A DNA stretch of 64,000 bases from Lama guanicoe (lineage: Eukaryota). Below the pieces are notes generated by a model, which was given only the letters and a program-made list of their open reading frames with translations, was not told where the DNA came from and did no database searches. How positions within the stretch are numbered: position 1 is the first letter of the stretch; each line of letters opens with the position of its first letter. The DNA lies in contig MU053934.1 of NCBI GenBank assembly GCA_013239625.1, forward strand, positions 4,792,399 through 4,856,398. The letters run 5' to 3'. Positions 1 to 12,600 of the stretch are shown here, piece after piece. The position numbers and the translations under genes are program-made.

Positions 1-3000
1 AGCATGGACCCACCTCAGTGCAAGGGCCTCTGGGCTGGGCCTGGGATGCGGTGGAGCGAGGTGGAGCCTGCCTCCGGTGGCAGGGCCCGTGGACAGGGAG
101 GCAGAGCTAACAGTCCTGTGGGGAGGGCTACTGTTGGACTTCAGCTGCTGGACCAGGAACTGGAGATTTACTCTCTATTGAGAGGCCCATGGGCTAGTCC
201 CTTCACCTGCCCATCGTGAAACCCTGGGCCTCCATTTCTCTAATGACAAGATGAGCTTAATAATACCAGTTTCCATATAGTTTTGTAAGGATGAAATGCT
301 TTGTGTGTAGAGAACTTGGCCCAGAGCCTTGTATGCAGTAAGTAGTCAATAGGTGCTACTATTATGAAGAAGGTGCTGGGAGCATTGAGGATAGAGGGTG
401 GGGACATCAGGACCTCTTCAGAAGCAGCTGGGTTTGGAAGATGCTCACCACATGCACAGAGGGCTGGGGCGGGGGTGGTCCTGGCAGACGGAGTGGAATT
501 GCTTGTGCAGAGGCGGAGAGGAGCCGCTGTCCTGGGAACAGTGGAGCTGGGCAGAGGACTGCATGTCAGGGGGAGGCAGGAGGTGAGTGTTCCACGTCTT
601 TGAGGGATTTCCTAATGACAATAAACGGCTAAATTTTATCAGGTGCTTTACATGATTGTTATTTCACCTTCATAACAGCCCTAGGCAGAGAGAGGTTGAG
701 TAACCTGCCCAAGGCCACACAGCTGGCCAGTGCTTTTTGCCCCCTTTCACGACCTCCTTCCTTTCCTTTTAGTGTGTAGACATTCAGCCACCTACTCCAT
801 CTACAGGGCATCAGAAAGACCCCTGTCCAGGGTCCAGGCAGAAAGGTCCTGTAGACTACAGTAATGCCCTTTCTCTCCTGGTCTACCCCCAAGGTTAGTG
901 TGCTCTGGACCTTTGAACGCCTTTCACCATCAGGATGCAGACCTCTCATGGTGCTGAGCCCTGTGCAGCTCTATGGGAACGAGTCAGGGCAGGAAGGATT
1001 GCACAGTGGTCAGTGCAGAGTGTGGCCTCAGAGTCGCTCTGCCAGCCTTCAAAGCTTAGGCTAATTCACTGCAGGGCCTGGGGAACGAGTCTTCTCTTGC
1101 TTCGGACCCCTGTCTGCATTGTACGGATTGGGGATGGCACATGGCACTTCCGTGTGGGTTAGTCTGCAGTGCCAGGTGTAGACCAGGTGCCCTGTTAGCT
1201 ACCCATCCCAGCCCTCCTCACGAGGGAGGGTCCCAGTGTCGGGGCTACTGACTGCATTATCCTGAACTTAGATCAGAGTTTGTGCCTAGGATCTTAGCCA
1301 GTGGCTCCACTTCAGTTTCTCCATCCATATAAAGGGGACCCAGCCCTCCTTTGCTAGGCCCTGGGGCTGCAAAATATCCTCATGACACCTGCTCGTAGAA
1401 GGGGTGCCCAGCGAAGGCGCCGACACCAGGCGTCGATCACGTGGGAGTCTCATACTCCGCACCTATTGGCAGGAGGGTTGGGGGCCTTGAAACAGAGCTT
1501 GCATGAGAATCTCAGCATCTTCACTGTACACGTGTGTTTACTGGGGCCTGGGGTGCAGCTGAAGGAGGCTCTGACCCTGGGCAGGACCTTGGACTTTAGA
1601 GTGTCTGTTCTTGGCACCCACGAGGGGCTCCCAGCCACCCTGGGGAAGAAAGGCTTGGCAGCCCCCAGGAAAGGAAGGGAGGGGAGGAGGGAGGCGGGGA
1701 GAGAAAAGTGGCAATGCAGTGGAGGGGCCTGATTTCCCCAGAGCTGCTGCCTTTTGGAAAGGATGGGGGTTGGGGGGGAGAACATCTGGCCAGAGCATCT
1801 GATGAGAACCTGACTTGGAAACAGGAAAGAGCAGCCTGGCCTGTGGAAGGAAATGCTTGGGGTCGGGGTGGGGGTGGGGGTGGGGGTGGGATGAAGGTCC
1901 CCCTCCCACCACCATGGGAGGGAGTGATTCCTGGACAGGACACCGGATCAAGGGAGAGAGCCACTGTGTATTCATTCATTCATTCATTCATCCAATCACC
2001 CATTCATCCAAAGTAGCATGCGCTAAGGCACCACCGGGCCAGGCTTCGGTCCGATGTGCGGTCCCAGAGAAGACTCAGATGCAGCCCCTTTTCTGCAGGC
2101 AGACACTGGAGCCAGGCGCTATGGGCCACGGGGACACGTGCTCCAACAGAGGCAGCAGGGGCTGAGGGGAAGGGCCACCAACTACTTTGAGGAGGCTTCA
2201 CAGAGGAGAGGGACAGGATGTTTGAAGAATGAGTAGGAGGGCAGCAGGGGCACAGTGGGGGTGGGGACCTTCAGTGGGACAGGGCCAGGCCCACCCCCCA
2301 GGGTGTGAGCACTGACGGCCTTGGGGAGGACTCGGAGGCCTCCCTGGGCTGGAGGGTGCAGGGCTGCCAACTCCTTGCCTAGGGTTTGTTTCTTATCTCA
2401 GGTGGGTGCTGAGGCCCCTCCCTGGCTGGGCCTGGCCAGCAGCTGTGTCCTCTGCAGCCTGGCCGTATGCTGCCTGGCCCGCCCTCCCGGCACCCACTGT
2501 GCCCCTGATTAGTTGGCACTGGCCGTGGCAGGAGCAGCAGACGGCCTCTCCCGGCTGCTCAGCGCTCTCCACTGACCTGGCCAGACACGAGAGAGGGGAG
2601 CCCCATGGCCAGCCACAGCCTCAGCGCCCCTTGCCCTCGGCCTGCCTCCCTTCTCCCGGCTGCAGGCTGTACCCCGGCAGAGGCTGGCGTGAGTTCGGCT
2701 CTTTCTACTTGAGCTGGCCTGGCAGAGGGGCCGCGCTAATCTGGCCTGACAGTGCCCGTCTGCAGGGAGCACCCCAGACCCCCGGGGGAGACGCCTGTCA
2801 GGAAGTGCACCCCATCTCCTCCTGGGTCCCTACTGCCCCGAAGGGCCCCTGTCTGGCTGCTGCCCGGCTTCCCTCAGGGCAGGGGGTCTGGTCTGGGGGT
2901 CTGGTCTGGGGGTCCCTGGTGAGAAGGGGTGAAAAGGTTGAGCAGCTCTGTCAGTTTGTCCACCCGTCATCCGTCTCCCCCAGCTCCTGGCTTTAAATGC

Positions 3001-3769
3001 TGCCTAGAGAGTATCTCTACTCTGATGCCTCCCACATGACACTCTAGGCCATACTTCCCTCTTCTGAACCCCGGACCCCGAGAGCTTACGAAACGACTTC
3101 ACGTGGTTGTGCACCAGGCACCCCGAATTCCACGTGTCCCGGTGGAGCCCTGTCTCCACTGATGGCCGCTCTGTGCCTCTGGCCTCGGGCCCCCGACCTT
3201 GGAGCTGCCCTGGCTCCTCTCTTCCACCCACACCACATCCTGCCCCTTGGCTCAACTTTTAAAATGTCTCCAGAATCCAGCCACGCCCCCCTCCACTGCC
3301 ATTGTCATCTGGACCCAGCCAGATGTGCAGTATCAGGCTGGCAGGTAAGAGATGGCTGCGGCAGGCCAGGCGGAATGGAGAGGAGCAGGTGGACAGAGGC
3401 CCAGTTCCCATCCTGGAGAGTCACGGGCCCGAGCAATGTCAGAGGGCACAGCACAGGGCCACATCTCTCTGGGCGTCCCCCTCTGGGCTTGCTATTTCTG
3501 TCCCTCAGGAGGCAGCTACCATGTGTCCACTGTTACACCCCTGGTCATGCAGCCCACAGGCCCGGCCCACTTTCTGGAGATGCGAGCATGTGCTGGGGTC
3601 ACACATGGGCGTTTGTACAGCAGCCGCAGGCTGTGTCCCCTTTCGGGCCTCCCTCTTCTGCCCTGGCCCAGCAGCCGGGGAGAGTCTTTCCAGCCTCTCA
3701 GACCATGACTCTCTTCTGCCCACTGCTCTCAGCGTGAGTAGAAGCCGGAGTCACACTCACCTGCAGGCA

Positions 3770-4152
3770 GCCCCCTCGTTCGCGCCCCTCCCGCCCTTGC
3801 CCTCTGCCTGGAGAGCTCTTCCCCAGATGTGCTCACAGCTGCCCCATGCACCTGGCCGGTGAGGGCTTTCCCGGCCCCTGCTTTAAACCAGCCTGACCCC
3901 CGGCCCTAACCTGGCACTCCCCATCCCCTCCCCCACTCCGCTTTTTGTTTCTGTAGCACGTTTCCCCAGCAAATGAGGAAATGCACTTATTTATTATGCT
4001 TGTTGTTTTCTGTCTGTCTCTCCCTTCCCTGAGCTAGAATATTGGTTTCACAAGGGCAGAGGACTTGGTGTGGTATTTTTTTAACTGATGTATCCCTAGG
4101 GCTTAGACTGGTGCCTGGTGCATCGTAGGCCCTCACTAAATATTTGTTGAAT
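3770..4152 (+). mobile_element. L2 3'-end remnant. Other L2 pieces at ~6270-6365, 6815-7400, 15050-15330, 17900-18250 and 47420-47830.
   Basis: ...gtgcctggtgcatcgtaggccctcactaaatatttgttgaatg tail. Confidence 0.7.
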
Positions 4153-6979
4153 GGACCCATCCACTCTCACTCCTCCGTTCATTCACAGTGCCCTCCTCGG
4201 AGGGGCCGCTCTGTGCCAGGCCCTGGGCTGGACTGGTGGACGTGGGGCCCTGGTGGGCCTGGCACTCCTGGTTTCCGGGGGAGGGCAGGGCTGTGAGCTG
4301 ATGAACACTGACATTGTAGTAAGTGCGGCGGTGGAGGGCGGGCGGGGCTGAGGCAGCTCACTGCGGGGGCACGAGCCCAGCCCGGGGACCAGAAGAGGTG
4401 TCCACGCAGCTGAGGTCTGAAAACAGAAGAGAGATGGCCTGGGTGTGTGCGAGGGCCTGGAGGTGACCCAGGAACGGGAAGTGCGTGGGTCTGGCTCCAG
4501 CATGGACCCCCTCCTGCCTCGGGAAGTGGACCCAGCATTGTCCCTGGGGGCACAATAGTAACAGGAACCCTTATGGCAGAGTCGGGGAGGGTGATATGGG
4601 TGGGGGCAGGTGTGCAGAGGCGGGGAGTTGGAGTGCTGGGGGCATCTGCAGTCTGGCTGGTGCAGCAGGTTCAGGGGAGGCAAGGAGGGCAGAGGGATGT
4701 GAGGCTGGGAGAGAGGCTGGAGGCTGACTGTGGGGGCCTGTGAGCAGGGGATGGGAGCAGGCGGGGTAAGGATTTACACCTTCCTCATGGGGGTAGATGG
4801 GCTTCTGACTTTGGGGGCACCTCCCTCTGAGGTGTCCTGGCCTTAGGGTGGTCCTGAGTCTGGATAGGAACCGCTGTCCTCTTCTGTAGATGAGGCCACT
4901 GGGTCCCAGAGAGGGCCAGCTCTGCCTCGAGGCTGCCCAGCCAGGAATGGGACAGATGTCCTGTCCTGGGTCGCTGCTTTAGATGCTCATCAGGATATGC
5001 ACCACACTCGATGTTCTGAGGACTCCGGGGTCCTCTTTCTGTTCTTGGCTGAGGAAGCAGGGCCCTCAGCCACACTCCTGGGTGGCCTGCAGCCTGCCCT
5101 CATCAAGGCCCACCTGGTCCCCACCCCAGGCAGAAGGCCTGAAAAGTCACACCAAGAGAGCAGACCAGGTAAGCTTCATCCTGCGAGAGGATAAAGGAGA
5201 GCCGTCGGGAGCTAGAGGCAGGAGGCCTTCATGACTAACTGGAGGTGAGAATCAGAGAAGACTGCCTGAAGGAGGAGGCTTTGGCTGGCGGAGGGTGTGG
5301 GGGGAGACAAATAGAAAGAATGGTCCGAGGCAGATGGTGATAGGTCTTAAAGGCAGTCTCTCTTTCCCTCCATCTCTGTTCTCTGTCTGCGTTTCTCTCT
5401 CTCTCTCTCTGTTTCACTTTCTCTGTCTCTGTTTCTCTCTCTTCTGTATGCAGTGCCATGGGAACTGAGGGCAGAGTGGAGCCGTCAGACTTGCTTTAGC
5501 TAATTACTTGACTGTGGACATAAAAGGAGGATTAGCTGGGCTCTTGCGGGGTCCTCCCTGGCTCCCTAATCCCGTGGCCCCCTTTCCCTGGCGCGGAAGC
5601 GAGTTCCTCGCTTTGCGTCCCTAATTAGCTAATTATGCCTTGGCTCTGTGACCCTGGGACTCTCTGGGCCCCAGGGAGGACTGAGAAGTGAGCTGGGGCC
5701 CAGCTCAGCGGAGGGAGAAAGGAGGGGAGGAGGGACCCGGCTGCCATTCAGGGAAGCCAGCTGGGCAGGTTTTCAGGAGCCTTTCAGAATTTCAATATCC
5801 CAGAGAACTGGGAGATGTAATTAATTGAGCCACAAAGGCTGGGCCCAGGGGAGCAGGCAAGGAGCAGCCAGGCTGGGACTGTGTGGAACAGCCTCCTCCA
5901 GACCTTTCTGATGCAGCCCCTTCTCACAGCCGCTGCCTGGCCCTCCGCGCTTGCCTCCAGCCTGTCTCGGCCTCCAGGATTGCTCCTTCCCCCGTAAAGC
6001 CCAGAGCTGACGGAGGGCCCCTCCTGCTTAGACATCTGCCCATGGGCCTCCCTGACCAGCCACCGAGCAGAGAGCCCCACTCTCCTCAGACCTCCAAGTG
6101 CGGCCTGGATGCCTTCTCTGGACAGTCACGCTCTGTGCTTTGGCCTCAGCTTCTGTATCCTGCAGGGCCCAGCTCAGTCAGCCCCTTCAGGAATATGCCT
6201 GAAGTTGTCCCCACTCCCCAGGCATGGTCCCTTTCCCCAACACTGTGGCTCCCTGCTGGTAGACTGCAAGCTCTGAGGGGGTGAAAAAGGCAACATGGGA
6301 TTCCCATGTGCCTAGTACTGTGTCTGGTATGTAACAGTATTTATAAGTGTTTGATGAATGACTGAATGATGGGGCACCAGAATGGCCTGCAACTGACTTA
6401 CATACCATTTGGATAGATTACAGGGTGCTTGCTCTGTTTTCTTACTTCCCTCTTCTGCACACCCCCTGGTTACCCTGTTGGGAGGCGGTTGTGGTGAGGT
6501 GGGTATCGAACCTTCACTCACCCTGGCTTGCTCTCGATTGGAGATCAGGAGCCTGCGAGGGAGCCCCACTGCTTTCCCAAGAGGAGGCTGACCTAGTTTT
6601 GTGGGGAGGGAGGATGGGGGTGGGCATTAATTATTGATTGGAAATCACTCCATACGGAGCTTGTGATGCAAATCCCAAATAATTACCCTCGTTAATATCC
6701 ACCTCAGCAATCGCCCTGGAATAAATAAAAGTCTGGACAGGGCTACTGTTCTCCTTGTCACCACCCTTCCATCCTCCCCTGTTCAATATTTCAATCCCTC
6801 CCCATGACTTATCACATCATTCATTCATGAACAGCCATTCAGTAAATGTTGGCTGAGGCTCTGCTCTGGGCCAGGACCTGCTGGGTTCTGGGAACACTGA
6901 GGTGACTCAGACACAGGCTCTGCCCTCAGGAACTTACAGCCCAGTGGAAGAGACAGGAAAGTAAACAGATGATTGTGCA

Positions 6980-7068
6980 CTAGGGCTAGAAGAAGACTAG
7001 ATGTTGCTGTAAATGGTACCTCCAACGTTGTGCAGTATGCAACCTGTGCAACTGTACATGGCAGCCTA
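6980..7068. mobile_element. MER91-like hAT-Tip100 fragment inside an L2 remnant
   Basis: gttgtgcagtatgcaacctgtgcaactgtacatggcagcc. Confidence 0.55.
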
Positions 7069-7649
7069 GGCTAGGTTGGAGGCGCTGAGGTTGCCCAGAG
7101 CAGAAGAGAGAGAGACTTGGTGAGAAAGAGTATGGAAGTCTTCATAGAGAGAAAGTAGATCCTTAACGAAGCTGTGGTGGCTGAATAGGGGTTTGCCAGG
7201 CACAAGAGAGGTGGAAGATTGTTCTAGAAAGAGGGAACGGCATGAGTAGAAAAGCATGGAGGTGTGAAATACCATGGTGTCTTTAGGGAACTTTAAATAA
7301 TTTGGTATTGCTAGACACAGGGTGCACACTGGGGCAGGAGGGAGAGACGAAGATGAGACTAGAGAGGCAGGGGTCACAGGGATCACAGGATCTTGTTGGG
7401 GGTGTGACCCACCAGCTCTTGACACCCTTTGGGGCCACAGATACTTGTGTGGACCTTCTCAGAAAAATTCATGACATCATACCTGCATATTTTATAGCAA
7501 TTCCATGAGGTTCATGTAGTCCTTCCAGGGACCTCCCCCTGCCTGCTAGGGGTTCACAAACCCTAGCTTCTGTAGCTGTTGGGAATGCCAGCAGGTTTCA
7601 CACACAGTGGTGACATGTTCAGAATAGTGTTCTAGAGTTGGCATTATCA

Positions 7650-8000
7650 GGAATCAACCATTCTCTGTCCTGGTCTCTGCTTTCCCTGGGCTGACTTCAA
7701 CCCCAGGCAGGCTCTGTCCTCCCCAGGCAAGAGGGCCCCAGCTGCTCCAGGCTTAACTCCTCCCAGCTTGGAACCTCTGTGGAAAGAGAGCATCTCTTTT
7801 CCTGTAGTTCCAGCAGAAGTCTCAGTGCCGCCTCTCATTGGGCCTGGGGTCACGTGCCCATCTGGGATCAACCACTGGGGCTGGGGGAGCAGAATATGCT
7901 GATTGGCCAGGCCTAGATCATGTGATCTCCATGTCAGCCCACCCAAACCACAGGGACTGGAATGGGGGCGTGGACTCTTAGGACTGTGGAAGGAGGGGAT
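7650..8000 (-). mobile_element. MLT1 (ERVL-MaLR) solo LTR remnant
   Basis: ctctcattgggcctggggtcacgtgccc...tgctgattggccaggcctagatcatgtg motifs. Confidence 0.7.
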
Positions 8001-9039
8001 GGGCAAAACCACAGAGGCTTGCAGTCCTGTGGATTCTCCAGCGGCTGGGTGGCTGGATGATCTTGCGAGGAGTCAGGAGAGAGTGGGTGACCTGCAGACA
8101 GTTACTGAAGTTGTGATGGTGGGTGACTTCTTCCAGACTTGGGAGAGCTGGGTCCTTTTCACAGCTGGGGACTGAGCCTCAGAGAGAGGGGGAGAGAGGG
8201 CATAGAGGGTGCAGATGGGTGAGCCCAGGGCAGGAGGGGCAGAAGGGAAGGCTAGGAAGACAGAAGTGAAGGATGGTAAGTGTGTGGAATGGGGCCAGAA
8301 GCTGAGCACGTTTTCCATTCTCTCTGTGGGTGGGAGCCCCAGAATTTGCTGAGTTGGGTGTGGCCCCTGAGCTAGGGAATCTTTGCATGGCGGTTGCTGT
8401 CTTCCTGGGTCCCTTTGCTGAGTGGCCTTGTCCTCCAAGAGGGGAGGGGACTGGTTCAAGGTCCCACAGGTCCCAGAGACCAGCAGGGTGGGGATTTGAA
8501 CCCATGTCTCTCTAAATCAGAGGCTTCGTGCTTTCCACAGGCTTCCTCTCCCTACCTGTGGGGTTTCAGGACGTCAGACCACTGCCTCCACCGCCACAGG
8601 AAGTGACTATCATGTTCTGCTCCCCTTCCCATGCCTGCCTGAAGCCCCGTTCAGTTCACCCTGTCACCCTCCCTGGGGATGCCTGTCTCCCCTCCCAATT
8701 TCTCATTTTCTCCTCCTCACCTCTAGCTTGGCTCATTCTTTGCAGTTGTTTCTCAGAAAAGGAAAAGACCTCTTTCCCTGGCACCAGGCCAGGTCTGAGT
8801 CCTTTGGCTGGCCGTGGTTCTTCAGAGCTCCGCCTGGTTCCATCATGCAGTGGAGTGGGTCAGCAGAGTGCCTCTGGCTGGTACTGATGTGTCCTGGCAT
8901 GATCAGGGGACAAGCGACGGCCCCGGAGATGAAGGACATTCAGGACACACTTATTAGGCACCTGCTATGCCCATCCTACGTGGGGGCTGAGCATGGTGAG
9001 ATGAGCCCACCTCAGTCCCAGGCCTCTGGGTCCTTGGGG

Positions 9040-9285
9040 TTGTGGAAAGAGTGCTGGACTTGGTGTCAGGACACCTGGTTTAAGTCCAGACCCTCTCCTT
9101 CTGCTGTGCAAACTTGGGCAAGTAGCTTCAGTCCTATGAACCTCCAGTTGCCTCTTCTATAAATTAGGGGTAATAGTACCACCCTCACAGAGTTGTCATG
9201 GAGACCAAAGGAGATCATATTTGTGCACTACCCAGAAAAGCACCTGGCACATAGAAGTTGCTCTATAAACACCTGCTTATTTATC
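9040..9285 (+). mobile_element. MIR SINE. Similar copies at ~200-365, 16545-16750, 27650-27850, 30200-30400, 34740-34890 and 48670-48900; antisense copy at ~43700-43950.
   Basis: MIR core motifs: ttgggcaagt...cctcagtttcctcatctgtaaaatggg...cacctggcacatag. Confidence 0.75.
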
Positions 9286-9527
9286 TGTGATCTAGTGGAA
9301 GTGAGGTGGGGCCCAGAGCCATTTCCATGGCCTCTGGGTGGAGGGGCAGATACCAAGGAGAAGGTCTGTCTGGTGGCCACTGAGCAGACTAGGTGCAGTG
9401 AGGAGGCCCTGCCCACATGTCTCACCTCTCCTCCCACCACCTCCTGTTTCTCTAACTCTGCTCCCCCTCTCTCCTCTCTGGGACCTCTGCCTCTGTCTGC
9501 CAACCCCTCCACCCTTCCCTCTCCCAG

Positions 9528-9687
9528 GTATGCGGATCCTGGTGAACCTGCTCCTGGACACGCTGCCCATGCTGGGAAATGTCCTCCTGCTCTGCTTCTT
9601 TGTTTTCTTCATCTTTGGCATCATCGGCGTGCAGCTCTGGGCAGGCCTGCTGCGCAACCGCTGCTTCCTGGAGGAGAACTTCACCAT
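9528..9687 (+). CDS. CACNA1I: Exon 5 (IS5): [18 protein letters not shown]...EENFT
   Basis: ctcccag|GT acceptor, AT|gtgagt donor, 160 nt. Confidence 0.97.
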
Positions 9688-12600
9688 GTGAGTGCAGCCC
9701 CTGGCCCCCCGCCCTGTGGCCCCTGGCCAGCTTTCCCTGGGGCAGCAGTGGGGCTGAATATTTTAGGGCTAGGAATGTCTCCCCATTGACCACCTGGTCC
9801 CAAGCCTTATTCCCAGTGGCACAGAGAGATGAAGGGATGTGCCCAGGTGAGCTGGTAGGGGATCTCGCATGAATGGTTGGACACCAAATGAGCACAGAAG
9901 ACCTCTGAGCTCTCAAAACTGATATCACAGAGTCCTAGTCTAAACAGCTCCTAGTGACTTGTACTTAATACACAGTTTTACCTTATTTGGGAATTGAGAA
10001 TTGGGGCCAAAGAATGGAAGCAGCAAACTAGAAGGTTGGGTAGGAGGGGAAAGGGCAGTTGAGACCCCAGCAGAAGTGATGCCAACAGGGGAAAAGAAGA
10101 CAGAAAACCTTAAAAGCAGACATGGAACCCGGCTCTCTAATTACAGCCCAGACATTCCTATCAGTGACTCTGAGTCATCAGGAAAAGGTCGGCTTGCCCT
10201 CGGCCCACTTGTGTCTAAGAGCAATGCAGCGGGCAGCTTCTCAGAGAGATGATTATCCAGAGCTATCTAAACAGAAATCAAGCTTTGGTTCTTGGAGGAG
10301 TTGGGTTGCGTTGTCTGAGGAATTTGACATCTATAGTCTCAGCGGAGAGGGATGAGCACTGTCTCTGAGTGTACACACGTGCCCATGTGTCTTTGGACAT
10401 GACTTTGATTTCATTTCACTAACGTGCGTTAGTGCACTCCTGCTGTGTGCCAGGCCCCAGGGGCACAGACGTAAGAAAGCGTCTTCATTCATCCTCTCAC
10501 TTGACAAACCCACCCAAGGGGCGGCTCTTGCCCAGCTGGTGCTCAGGGCTGAGGACACGGTAGAAGGTGGAGTTCCTGCCCTCGGGGAGCGCCCTGGCTG
10601 GAGCTGGTCACAGATGCCTCCCCTGAGTGACTTTTGTGGACTGAGGATGACCTCAGGAGCATGGGGACCCGCACAGGCGTGGGCTGGTTTCTCCTTCACA
10701 GCCTGACTGTTGCTCGTGGGAAAGGAGCTAAGCTGGAGAGCCGGGAGGAGGCCTGGGAAAGGGACTGGCTCACCTGCCCATCACTGGGGGGGAATGACGG
10801 GGGACCTGGGCCAACCAGAGATGGGGCCCCTTTGTGGGTAAGGGCCCTATGGCAGGGAAGGGGACCCACACAGTCAATCATTTGGAAGAGTCAGGCCCTG
10901 AGGCTCGGTCTGGGGCAGCAGGAGAGGGGGCCCCTGCTTCTTCTGGTCTGGCCTTCAAAGATGGAGACGCACAGGTAGGAGCTCTCAGCTTTGGGGGTGC
11001 AGGGCACATCCAGACCCCTCTGTCCCACTCAGATCTTTCCCACGGTCGTTCTGTGGCAGCCGCCTTCTCATTATCCCAGCTCAGCCCCAGCGTTGCCTCC
11101 TCCTGGAGGCCTTCCCTCAGCACCCCGTCCCCCAGGCCTTTTATTGCATTATCCTGCTTGATTTTCTTCTTAGCATTATCTCTGTTTGAAACTACCTCAC
11201 TTGTGAGTTCATCTGGTTGTTGAGTGTCTCTGGACCGGCTGATTTACTTGGTTAGCAGTGAGGAAGCACTCCTGTGTGACAGGGGCCGTGGAGGTGATGC
11301 TGGGCTTTTGATCCCATGTGGAGACCCGGAAACTGAGGCTGAGAGAGGAGAACCTTGCTCCCGGGCACATAGCTTGGCAAAGTCAAAAACAGAATTAGAA
11401 CCTGGGTTCCCCTGACTCCAAAGCCTGCGGTGACTGCCCCCTGTGAGTATGCTCAAAGCATCCATCCAGGGATGGAAGTCCCTGGGGAGACTGCAGATGG
11501 TCAGTTTGGGCGTTCTTGATGAGCACAGAATAAGGACAGTGTCGCCCAGCTAGGAAGTGGCAGGGCCCGGAGTCTGAGCCCAAATCTGGTGTCCCTTCTC
11601 CCAGAGTCTGTCTGGGCATTAATGCACACATACCACTGTTTACACCCCAGAATGCGAATTGCTTTGGCAGTGTGTCTTCACATCAGTGTTTCTTATTCCA
11701 CGGATGAACCGCGGTTCAGCAAGCCAGCTTCTGTTGATGTACCTTGCACGGTCTCCAAGTTCTTGCTCTTAACATACAAGCCTGCAGGGAACATCGTGTA
11801 TGCTTGCAAAATGTGTATACTCGTGTGATTAATGACTAGACTCATAATTACTGGTCAAGCTATAAGACATACCTCGGAGATACTGTGGGATAGGTTCCAG
11901 ACCCCAGCAATAAAGCGAGTCACATGAATGTTTTGGTTTCCCAGTGCCTATCAAGTTATATTTACACTATACTATAATCTACTAAATGTGTAATAGCACA
12001 AAAATGAACATACCCCAATTAAAAATTACTTTATTGCCAAAAAATACTAACCATTCTCTGAGCCTTCAGCGAGTTGTGGTAGTAACATCAAAGATCACTG
12101 ATCACAGAGCAACATAACAAATATGATAATAATGAAAGTTTGAAATATTGCAAGAATTACCAACATGCGACACAGAGACACTAAGTGAGCAAATGCTTTT
12201 GGAAAAATGGTACCGGTAGACTTCCTCGAGGCAGGGTTGCCACAGAACTTCAATTTGTAAGAAGCACAATAAACAAAGCTTAGTAAAATAAGGTATGCCC
12301 ATGTGTCCATTTTTAAAATACTTTTTTGGGGTTAAGATATAAATTACAGTCAGTAGCGGGCACAGCTGTTAAGCGCACAGCTCCGTGAGGTTTACGTGGG
12401 TCCCACGCCGGTGTAAGTCTGCCCTGAGAAACTCACAGTCTCCAGGAAGCTCCCTCTTGCCCCTCCCCAGTCATTCTCTCCTCATCCCGAAGCAGCCGCT
12501 GTTCAGTGTGACCACAGATTCCTTTTGCCTGTTTTTGAGGTTTCTTTAGATGGAATCATGTAGGCTGTTACCTTTTGTGTCTGCTTCTCTAGCTCAGCGT

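Noticed and set aside
575..590. Donor-like GAG|GTGAGT in intron 4
   Set aside because: No convincing upstream acceptor and no channel-like translation.
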